Positions 47,067 to 55,108 of a stretch of 64,000 nt of DNA are shown here, in pieces. The notes below the pieces were generated by a model that had not been told where the DNA came from, searched no databases, and worked only from the letters and a program-made list of their open reading frames with translations. Source of the stretch: an uncultured Bacteroides sp. (GTDB taxonomy: Bacteria > Bacteroidota > Bacteroidia > Bacteroidales > JACABE01); contig CAZCBG010000007.1 in assembly GCA_964496885.1 (NCBI GenBank), positions 9,721 to 73,720 on the forward strand, in the 5' to 3' direction. Numbering within the stretch: the first letter of the stretch is position 1; each line of letters opens with the position of its first letter. Both the position numbers and the translations under genes were made by a program.

Positions 47067-47960
47067 ATGAATAATTATGTAATCACAGGAGCTACCGGAA
47101 ACATAGGTAAGCTAATAGCTAAAGAATTACTTACAAAAGGTCATCATGTAAAAGTAATTGGAAGAAATGCAGATAAACTTAATGAATTAGTTTCTTTAGG
47201 TGGAGAAGCACTACTAGGAGATATTACTGACAAAAACTTTTTAATCAAAGCATTTTCAGGTGCTGATGCAGTTTTCTGTCTGCTCACACCGGATATATTT
47301 GCTGCAGATATAAAAAAGGAACAAAATCATATTGCAGAAAATTATTTTGAAGCTGTTAAAATCAACAAAATACCCAATGTTGTTCTGCTTAGCAGTGTAG
47401 GGGCTCATTTGCGAAAAGGTGCAGGAATTGTTGATGGTTTGGGTTATATGGAAGATTTGTTTCTACAAATGAAAGAAACAAATATATTAAATCTCCGACC
47501 TAGCTATTTTATGGAAAATACGTTAGGTATGATTGCAACGATTAAACAAATGGGTATAGCAGGAAATCCTGTTAAACCAGATGTTAGATTTCCTATTGTA
47601 GCTACCAAAGATATTGCAGCTGTTGCTGCAAAAAGATTGCAACATCTTGATTTTACTGGAAATTCTGTTGAATTTGTATTAGGAGCAAAAGACTATAGTT
47701 ATGAAGAAATTACTGCTATTGCAGGTAAGGCTATCGGAAAACCTGATTTGAAATATATTCAGTTTCCTTATGAAGATACAATAAAAGGAATGGTAGCTGC
47801 AGGATACTGCGGTGAAGATTCAGCAAGATTAATGGTAGATCTTGCAAAAGCTATTAATGACGGCACTTTGATGAATGCCCACCAAAGAACTGCTGCTAAT
47901 ACAACTTCCACAACCTATGAAGAATTTGCAAATACTTTTGCATGGGTCTATAATAATTAA
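47067..47960 (+). CDS. NmrA-like / atypical SDR NAD(P)-binding protein
   Basis: 297 aa. The N-terminus VITGATGNIGKLIAKELLTKGHHVKVIGRN is a Rossmann motif. Confidence 0.8.
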   Translation: MNNYVITGATGNIGKLIAKELLTKGHHVKVIGRNADKLNELVSLGGEALLGDITDKNFLIKAFSGADAVFCLLTPDIFAADIKKEQNHIAENYFEAVKINKIPNVVLLSSVGAHLRKGAGIVDGLGYMEDLFLQMKETNILNLRPSYFMENTLGMIATIKQMGIAGNPVKPDVRFPIVATKDIAAVAAKRLQHLDFTGNSVEFVLGAKDYSYEEITAIAGKAIGKPDLKYIQFPYEDTIKGMVAAGYCGEDSARLMVDLAKAINDGTLMNAHQRTAANTTSTTYEEFANTFAWVYNN

Positions 47961-47981
47961 AAATTAAATGCTTAATAAAAA

Positions 47982-48011
47982 AGCCAAATTGTAATACATT
48001 TGGCTTTTTTT
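47982..48011 (+). terminator. intrinsic terminator after the NmrA-like gene
   Basis: AGCCAAAT-tgtaatac-ATTTGGCT followed by T7, with an A-run preceding the stem. Confidence 0.8.
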
Positions 48012-48094
48012 AACGTTTTATCTATTTTAAAAAAGTGTTTATGGGAAATAAATATTTTCTATTAAATATTATGCTTAAAAATATAAATTTGTTG

Positions 48095-48102
48095 TAAGTT
48101 TG
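48095..48102 (+). promoter_or_regulatory. candidate -7 box (TAAGTTTG) for trxA
   Basis: It lies 39 nt upstream of the ATG at 48142. An alternative match, TAAATTTG, is at 48084-48091. Confidence 0.4.
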
Positions 48103-48141
48103 TAAAAGTAAAATTCCTAATAAATTTAAAAAAATATACGA

Positions 48142-48459
48142 ATGGCATTAACAATTACAGATGGAAATTTCGAAGAAGTTGTTCTGAAATCAGACAAACC
48201 TGTTATTATTGATTTATGGGCTGAATGGTGTGGTCCCTGCAGAATGTTGGGTCCTATCGTCGAAGAAATTGCAAAAGAATTCGAAGGCAAAGCCATCGTC
48301 GGTAAGCTTGATGTAGATAGCAATCCTGCTACAACTTCACGTTATGGCATCAGAAATATACCTACCATCTTGTTTTTCAAAAATGGAGAAATCGTCGACA
48401 AACAAGTGGGAGCTGTTCCTAAAAATGTGCTCATCAGCAAATTAGAAGCACTTTTATAG
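48142..48459 (+). CDS. trxA: thioredoxin
   Basis: 105 aa with the active site WCGPC. Confidence 0.95.
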   Translation: MALTITDGNFEEVVLKSDKPVIIDLWAEWCGPCRMLGPIVEEIAKEFEGKAIVGKLDVDSNPATTSRYGIRNIPTILFFKNGEIVDKQVGAVPKNVLISKLEALL

Positions 48460-48474
48460 TATTTCAACCCATTT

Positions 48475-49413
48475 ATGGTAGAAAAAAATATTGATCAAAG
48501 CCAGATTTCAGCTTTCGGCTCACTAGAATTTATTGCCAGACAAGTTGTTGAAGGTTTTATTACCGGACTTCACAAAAGTCCGCTGCATGGCTTTTCCGTT
48601 GAATTTGCCGAACATCGCCTATACAATACCGGCGAATCGGTGAAGCATGTCGACTGGAAATTATATGGCCGATCCGATAAACTTTTTGTCAAGCGATTTG
48701 AAGAAGAAACTAATTTGCGTTGTCAGCTAGTAATTGACAACTCTTCATCCATGTATTACCCTTTTAACCAGGAAGTAAGCCTTGAAACACCAAATAAAAT
48801 TTCGTTTTCGGTATATGCAGTGGCTGCTATTATGTATATGTTGCGTAAACAAAGAGATGCCGTAGGTCTGAGCGTTTTTGCAGAACAACTGGAAACACAT
48901 ACTCCATGTAAATCAACTTTAACCCATCACAAACTGATTTACAATAAACTGGAAGAACTTTTAACCCCCTTTTCAACAGAAATACGTAAAAAGACATCCG
49001 CTGCTGATGCATTGCATCTTATTGCTGAGGGTATTCACAAACGTTCCCTTATCATTATTTTTAGCGATATGTTCGAAAATACCCATCAAACAGAAGATAT
49101 GTTTCAAGCATTGCAACACCTGAAATACAACAAGCATGAAGTCATCCTCTTTCATGTAACCGACAAGAACAAAGAACTTAACTTTGAATTCGACAATCGT
49201 CCCTATAAATTTATCGATGTTGAAAACAGCAAAGAATTGAAGATTAATCCATCAGAAGTAAGGGCAAATTATATTGATGCAGTGAAGCGTTTCGAGAAGG
49301 AACTTAAAACAAGGTGTGCACATTATAAAATTGATTTTGTTGAAGCAGATATTAACCTTGGCTTTCATCAAATATTATATCCTTATCTGAAAAAAAGAGA
49401 AAAATTATATTAG
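48475..49413 (+). CDS. DUF58 (vWA-like, MoxR-associated family) protein
   Basis: 312 aa. Contains HVDWKLYGRSDKLFVKRFEEETN and vWA-like DNSSSM motifs. Confidence 0.8.
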   Translation: MVEKNIDQSQISAFGSLEFIARQVVEGFITGLHKSPLHGFSVEFAEHRLYNTGESVKHVDWKLYGRSDKLFVKRFEEETNLRCQLVIDNSSSMYYPFNQEVSLETPNKISFSVYAVAAIMYMLRKQRDAVGLSVFAEQLETHTPCKSTLTHHKLIYNKLEELLTPFSTEIRKKTSAADALHLIAEGIHKRSLIIIFSDMFENTHQTEDMFQALQHLKYNKHEVILFHVTDKNKELNFEFDNRPYKFIDVENSKELKINPSEVRANYIDAVKRFEKELKTRCAHYKIDFVEADINLGFHQILYPYLKKREKLY

Positions 49414-49485
49414 TAATTGTTTTAAAAACAATTATTTATTTGAATAATTTTCATCTCAGGCTGTTGTACTATCATATTTTTGTCT

Positions 49486-49493
49486 TATATTTG
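49486..49493 (+). promoter_or_regulatory. candidate -7 box (TATATTTG) for the 602-aa lipoprotein gene
   Basis: It lies 46 nt upstream of the ATG at 49540. An alternative match, TATTTTTG, is at 49475-49482. Confidence 0.4.
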
Positions 49494-49539
49494 CAAAAAA
49501 ATCTGACTTTTAATTATTAATATTTTAATCTATAATACA

Positions 49540-51348
49540 ATGAAAAACAAGAGTATTAAACTTTTATCAGCCTTATTCTTAGTAACTATTTTGTTTTCTG
49601 CATGTAACAGCCTGAGCAAAATGGTTAAAAAATACGGAGAAGTAAAATATGAAGTTACTCCAAATCCACTAGAAGTCCATGGCGACAAAGTAGCTGTAAC
49701 TATCAAAGGCACTATCCCTGCAGGCTATTTTAACAAAAATGCAGCCGCATATATGCAACCTGTATTAAAATATGAAGGTGGAAGTACAACATTAAAGTCT
49801 GTTTATTTAAAAGGTGAAAAAGTTCAGGGTGAAGGAACCACCATTAATAGCAAAACAGGGGGTAGTTTTTCATACTCTGATGTTATTGATTATAAACCAG
49901 AAATGAACAAATCGCAATTGGTAGTGAATCCTATTGCTCATTTGGCTAAAAAAGAAGCTGTAAAAGAAAGTTCTACAAGAGAAAATGTTAAGGTATTAAA
50001 AAAAGCAGTCGAATTGGGTGAAACCAAATTAGCCGATGGCATGATATACACTTCACAAAGAATAAAACCTTTAGGAACTACCGTTTTAACTCCTGACGGT
50101 TACGAAAAAGAAACCATTGCCAATAAAAAAGCCACACTTTACTTTTTAGTAAATATGTTTAACCTGAATTTTAAAATAGATTTAAACAAAACAGTTGAAG
50201 CTCAGTTAGGTGTAAAAGAATTAAACACATACATTGCCAAAAACTGGGCCATTAAAAATATAGACATTACAGCCTGGGCTTCACCAGAAGGTGAAGAAAA
50301 AAAGAACGCTGGTCTATCAGAAAACAGAGCAAAAACAGCAAACAAATATACTGAAGAACAACTCGACAAATTTATCAAAGATTTAGCTAAAAAAACCAAA
50401 ACAAATTTCAAAGAACTTAAGAAAGTTGTTAATTACAACCTGAAAGCCAACGGCGAAGACTGGGATGGTTTCCTTGCTTCATTGGAAAAATCTGACATCA
50501 AGGACAAAAACACCATGATCAATGTTATCAAAGCTCAGGTTGACAGAGACAAAAGAGAACAGGAAATGAGAAACATGACTGTTGTTTTCCAACAGGTTGA
50601 AGACAAAATTTTGCCTCCTTTAAGAAGAGCTGAAATTTCTGTTAATTTCCTTGAACCTAAGAAAACTGACGAACAAATTGCTTTGCTATCCACTACAGCT
50701 CCTGATTCTTTGGACAATAAAGAATTATTGTATGCTGCTACCTTAACCAAAGATTTAAACACTCAACTGAAAATATATAAAGCAGCAACCACTGTTTATC
50801 CAAAAGACTGGAAAGGTTACAACAATGCAGCTTATGTATATATTGCTCTTGGAAACGCCAACGAAGCATCTTCTTTCTTAGAAAAAGCAAACACCTTGGC
50901 CCCAAATAATTCAGCTGTTATCAATAATCTAGGTGTAGTTTCATTAATGAAAAAAGATTACAAAGCTGCAAAAGCATATTTTGAAACTGCTCAAAAATTA
51001 GGCGTTAATCAAAATTACAATTTAGGCGTAATTATGATTAAAGAAGGTAATTATGCTGGTGCTATGAGTTCTTTTGGGAAAACATCCTGCGATTACAACG
51101 TAGCTTTAGCGGCTCTTTTAAGCGGAAACGCAGCAAATGCTGCTACAGCTATCGAATGCGCTCCAAAAGATGCTCAAACCTTTTATTTAAGTGCTATCAT
51201 CGCTGCTAGAAGCAACAATGCAAATATGGTTTACGACAACCTTAAAAAAGCAATTGCAACGGATGCTTCTTATAAATCACAAGCTAAAGATGATTTAGAA
51301 TTTGCCAAATTTTCTAAAACTGCAGAGTTTCAAAACGCAATCAAATAA
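49540..51348 (+). CDS. lipoprotein of unknown function with C-terminal TPR-like repeats
   Basis: 602 aa. It has the lipobox LFSAC. A central segment, ITAWASPEGEEKKNAGLSENRAKTANKY, resembles the OmpA-C-like xSPEG...N..LS..RA motif. The C-terminal ~200 aa are A/N/Y-rich helical repeats (GYNNAAYVYIALGNANEA...). Confidence 0.6.
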   Translation: MKNKSIKLLSALFLVTILFSACNSLSKMVKKYGEVKYEVTPNPLEVHGDKVAVTIKGTIPAGYFNKNAAAYMQPVLKYEGGSTTLKSVYLKGEKVQGEGTTINSKTGGSFSYSDVIDYKPEMNKSQLVVNPIAHLAKKEAVKESSTRENVKVLKKAVELGETKLADGMIYTSQRIKPLGTTVLTPDGYEKETIANKKATLYFLVNMFNLNFKIDLNKTVEAQLGVKELNTYIAKNWAIKNIDITAWASPEGEEKKNAGLSENRAKTANKYTEEQLDKFIKDLAKKTKTNFKELKKVVNYNLKANGEDWDGFLASLEKSDIKDKNTMINVIKAQVDRDKREQEMRNMTVVFQQVEDKILPPLRRAEISVNFLEPKKTDEQIALLSTTAPDSLDNKELLYAATLTKDLNTQLKIYKAATTVYPKDWKGYNNAAYVYIALGNANEASSFLEKANTLAPNNSAVINNLGVVSLMKKDYKAAKAYFETAQKLGVNQNYNLGVIMIKEGNYAGAMSSFGKTSCDYNVALAALLSGNAANAATAIECAPKDAQTFYLSAIIAARSNNANMVYDNLKKAIATDASYKSQAKDDLEFAKFSKTAEFQNAIK

Positions 51349-51365
51349 ATAATTTGATAAGATAT

Positions 51366-51396
51366 TAAAAAGCTCCTGATGGGAGCTTTTTTTTTG
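51366..51396 (+). terminator. intrinsic terminator after the lipoprotein gene
   Basis: AAAAAGCTCC-tgatg-GGAGCTTTTTTTTT. Confidence 0.85.
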
Positions 51397-52012
51397 CTAA
51401 AATTTCAATCAAAGCTTTCAAGTAAATAATTGAACAGAAAAAGTTGCGGTAATTAAAAAGCCACAACCAAAATTTCATGCTGAAATAGAATAAATACGAA
51501 ATTGATCGTTAACCAACATTTATTGTAATTTTATTTATTTTATAAAGCGAATGCACACAACATATTAATAAAAATCTAAATTCTTTTATATTAACTTCTT
51601 ACGATTAAAGACGAGGGTTTTATTGTACTTTACAATGAAATATATGTCGCTTAGAATCTCATAAATTTTTACAATTTATATTCCCGGCCATATATACGCT
51701 CCTAAAAGAGATAAAAGGATGCTAAAAAAAGATTTATCAAAAAATCTCGCGAAAAGTTTACAGAAAGTTAATGTAAAAAATTACAAATGGAAAACGCAGA
51801 AATTTCATTCAATTCAAATCTCAAAATAAATAAATCTTGGAAGTAAATTTCAAAAATGAACTATCATCAATAAAATAGATTATTTAAGTCTGGGAAAGAA
51901 TTCAAAAAATTAGAATTCTATCTTCTAATAGACAGGAGAAAAATATAATTAATTTTACGTTTGTAAATAGCAAGAATATATGATTGTAAAAACATGATTT
52001 TAATTTATAGCT

Positions 52013-53887
52013 TCATCTACCAAGATAAACAATTAGCACAGAAATATCAGATGGAGAAATTCCAGATATTCTTGAAGCCTGGCCGATAGTGGTTGGTTTC
52101 ATTTTGCTTAGTTTCTCTCTGGCCTCATACGAAAGCGACTGTAGTTTCTTATAATCGAAACTATCGTACAAAGGGATGTCTTCAAATTTACTGAGTTTGT
52201 CGGCAATTTCCTGTTCTTTGATGATGTAACTTTCATACTTTATAAAAATTTCCACCTCTTCTATGATTTCTTCACGATGAATAATCAGGTCTGCTAAAAA
52301 TGTGGTGAAAGATTCAATGTGCTCAATCAGATCATTTATTCTGAGTTGGGGCCGTACCAATAAGTTAATAATCTTAGTCTTTTGAATAATTTCAGGAGTT
52401 TCCATTTTATTTAGCAGCGGATTTACTTCAGAAGGATCAACACTTTGATTTTTAATAAAATGAATAATTTTATCGTACTTCTCTTTCTTCAGACTTACCT
52501 TGTCCATTCTTTGCTGAGATGCCAAACCTATCTTATAGGAAAGTGGGGTTAATCGGAAATCAGCATTATCCTGACGTAATAAAATACGGTATTCTGCCCT
52601 TGAAGTAAACATTCTGTAAGGTTCATCTACACCTTTTGTAATTAAATCATCTATCAAAACACCGATATAAGCTTCATGTCGTTTCAATATAAACGGGGGT
52701 AAAGAACGGATTTTTAAGTGGGCGTTGATACCTGCCATCAAACCCTGAGCTCCGGCTTCTTCATAACCAGTAGTTCCGTTAATTTGACCTGCAAAATATA
52801 AATTTTCAATCTTTTTAGTTTCCAAAGTATAATTCAATTGAGTAGGTGGAAAGAAATCGTATTCAATTGCATATCCTGGTTTGATAATTTTTGCATTTTC
52901 GAAACCTTGAATCTTTTTTAAAGCGGCATATTGAATATGCTCAGGTAAAGAAGAAGAAAAGCCATTTAAATAATATTCATGGGTATTCCAGCCCTGAGGT
53001 TCTACAAATAACTGATGCCTGGATTTATCCGCAAAACGGTCTATTTTATCTTCAATTGAAGGACAATAGCGAGGGCCTCTTCCTTGTATTCTACCAGCAT
53101 ACATGGGTGATTGACTAAACCCAGTACGTAAAATATCATGTACCTCTAGTGAAGTATAAGCTAAATAACAACTTCTTTGAGTTGTTAGGGGTTGGGTTTC
53201 GGTAAATGAAAATTTACCTGCAACATCATCTCCTTTTTGTTCGAGTAATTTTGAAAAATTTATAGATCTACCATCAATTCTAACAGGTGTTCCTGTTTTC
53301 ATTCTTCCACTTTCAAATCCTAAACTTACAAGGGAAGCGGTTAAACCCACAGCGGATTGTTCACCAATTCTTCCGCCTCCAAAATGTTTTTCCCCAATAT
53401 GAATGATTCCATTTAAAAAAGTACCGTTTGTTAAAATAACTGCTTTGGATCTAATAAATAAGCCTAATGCTGTTTTAACACCTGTCAGTTGATTGTTTTC
53501 AACTTCAATACTAATAACAGTATCTTGCCAAAAATCAAGATTAGGTGTATTTTCTAACATATTCCGCCATTCAGCAGAAAACATCATTCTGTCACTTTGA
53601 GCACGTGGGCTCCACATGGCAGGTCCTTTAGACCTATTGAGCATGCGAAATTGTATCATCGTTTTATCTGTAACGATTCCTGCATATCCACCCAATGCAT
53701 CTATTTCCCGTACAATCTGCCCTTTCGCGACACCTCCCATTGCTGGATTGCATGACATTTGAGCAATATTATCTAAATTTGAAGTAACCAACAATACAGA
53801 AGAACCCAGATTGGCAGCCGCTGCTGCTGCTTCTGAACCTGCATGCCCCGCTCCCACCACTATTACATCATATTCTTTAAACATCAC
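52013..53887 (-). CDS. mnmG: tRNA uridine-5-carboxymethylaminomethyl modification enzyme MnmG (GidA)
   Basis: 624 aa. It has the FAD motif VIVVGAGHAGSEAA and a full-length GidA pattern. Confidence 0.95.
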   Translation of the reverse strand: MMFKEYDVIVVGAGHAGSEAAAAAANLGSSVLLVTSNLDNIAQMSCNPAMGGVAKGQIVREIDALGGYAGIVTDKTMIQFRMLNRSKGPAMWSPRAQSDRMMFSAEWRNMLENTPNLDFWQDTVISIEVENNQLTGVKTALGLFIRSKAVILTNGTFLNGIIHIGEKHFGGGRIGEQSAVGLTASLVSLGFESGRMKTGTPVRIDGRSINFSKLLEQKGDDVAGKFSFTETQPLTTQRSCYLAYTSLEVHDILRTGFSQSPMYAGRIQGRGPRYCPSIEDKIDRFADKSRHQLFVEPQGWNTHEYYLNGFSSSLPEHIQYAALKKIQGFENAKIIKPGYAIEYDFFPPTQLNYTLETKKIENLYFAGQINGTTGYEEAGAQGLMAGINAHLKIRSLPPFILKRHEAYIGVLIDDLITKGVDEPYRMFTSRAEYRILLRQDNADFRLTPLSYKIGLASQQRMDKVSLKKEKYDKIIHFIKNQSVDPSEVNPLLNKMETPEIIQKTKIINLLVRPQLRINDLIEHIESFTTFLADLIIHREEIIEEVEIFIKYESYIIKEQEIADKLSKFEDIPLYDSFDYKKLQSLSYEAREKLSKMKPTTIGQASRISGISPSDISVLIVYLGR

Positions 53888-54180
53888 CCAATGTTATGAT
53901 TAAGTTTTTAATTTTGTTGGCATTTAAATCACACTTTTTTACTAAAATATAGCAGCGTTGACTTAAAATAGCAAACATTTACATTCACTCCAATTTGGTT
54001 TACAATCTACCAAATTCATTTCTTATAATTAATCCCAAACAGTTTGAATGAAACACTATTATGTTTCACGTGAAACTTGAATCAAATTTTTGTGTTAACT
54101 TTCTTAATTTCAGAATTTACAGAAGTAAATTACACTTCAAAATTTACAATTATACTTTATTGTGCATTAATAAACTAAAA

Positions 54181-54615
54181 TTATTTTATTTGAAGCTGCA
54201 AAGATAAGGAAATATCTTCTTTCTGTCTCATGATTGATTTTAAGGCTTTTGTTTTATCTTTGTATCCTATTAAATGAAGGATCCCATGTATCATTACTCT
54301 GTGTAATTCTTCAGAAAACGGAAGTTGAAGAAGCTTGGCATTCTCTCTTACCCTTTCAATACTTATAAAAATATCACCGGATATAAAGCCTTTGTGGTCT
54401 TGTGTATAATCAAACGTAATAATATCGGTTAATGTATCGTGTTTTAAATACTCTAGATTAATTTGTGCAAGGTAGTTATCGTTGCAAAAAATATAATTGA
54501 TTTCGCCTTTTTTTTTCTTTTCCAACGCAATTACTTCTGTAATCCATTTTTTCAGGAATAACTTTCGGGCTAAATTAAAAGAAATTTCTTCGTTAAAAAA
54601 TGTAATTCTTGGCAT
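54181..54615 (-). CDS. ybeY: rRNA maturation endoribonuclease YbeY
   Basis: 144 aa with the zinc motif HGILHLIGYKD. Confidence 0.88.
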   Translation of the reverse strand: MPRITFFNEEISFNLARKLFLKKWITEVIALEKKKKGEINYIFCNDNYLAQINLEYLKHDTLTDIITFDYTQDHKGFISGDIFISIERVRENAKLLQLPFSEELHRVMIHGILHLIGYKDKTKALKSIMRQKEDISLSLQLQIK

Positions 54616-54616
54616 T

Positions 54617-55108
54617 TTACTTTGCTTTCTTCAGCTTTTGGCTTGTTTTGTTGTCATGATAAGAAGTTAACTTATCAGCTCTGTCATTTGCCAGGGCCAG
54701 ATTGATGTTGTTCATAAAAAATGAAATCTCAATTGTATTTCCATGGTTTTTGAATTCAACTTGATCCGCCAGAGATTTTATTAAAAAGATACCTGTGCCA
54801 GTAAATGTATTATTATCAGCATCCGTTGGATCTGCGAGGTTTTTATAGTCAAACCCATTCCCTTTATCAATGATAATAAAAGTGTAGGCTGCATTTGCTC
54901 TTGCAAAAAGTATATTTACTTCTTTGGTGACTGATGATTTATTTCCATGAATGATGGCATTTTTCACAGCTTCTGTAATGGCAACGGAAATATTGCCAAA
55001 ATAGGTATTGTTAATGTTAAATTCATCGCATACTTCTTCAATTAATTTTTGAACAAGGTTTAAATTTTCTAGTTTCGAATCAATGGTTAATTCCTTTAAT
55101 ATATTCAT
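54617..55108 (-). CDS. RsbW/SpoIIAB-type GHKL ATPase (anti-sigma regulatory factor-like serine kinase); no partner genes nearby
   Basis: 163 aa. It has the N-box EAVKNAIIHGN and the G-boxes DKGNGFD and GTGIFLIKSLAD. Its ATG abuts the upstream stop, and its stop is 1 nt from the ybeY ATG. Confidence 0.7.
   Translation of the reverse strand: MNILKELTIDSKLENLNLVQKLIEEVCDEFNINNTYFGNISVAITEAVKNAIIHGNKSSVTKEVNILFARANAAYTFIIIDKGNGFDYKNLADPTDADNNTFTGTGIFLIKSLADQVEFKNHGNTIEISFFMNNINLALANDRADKLTSYHDNKTSQKLKKAK

Noticed and set aside
48475-51348. A Bat-type aerotolerance / MoxR-vWA operon.
   Set aside because: Only the DUF58 component is present. There is no MoxR AAA+ ATPase and no vWA (BatA/BatB) gene. 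The downstream TPR-like lipoprotein has its own promoter box and does not resemble BatC or BatE closely enough by eye.
51719-51829. A 36-aa Lys-rich ORF in the long spacer, as a real small-protein gene.
   Set aside because: It has no promoter box in front, no recognisable motif and an AT-driven composition. I kept it only as a note inside the spacer finding.
51349-54180. The replication origin (oriC) might lie next to mnmG/gidA, given the two long non-coding regions flanking it.
   Set aside because: I found no cluster of DnaA boxes (TTATCCACA / TGTGGATAA or near matches) in either spacer, and no dnaA or dnaN nearby. AT-richness alone is not evidence. A skew analysis of the whole genome would be needed.
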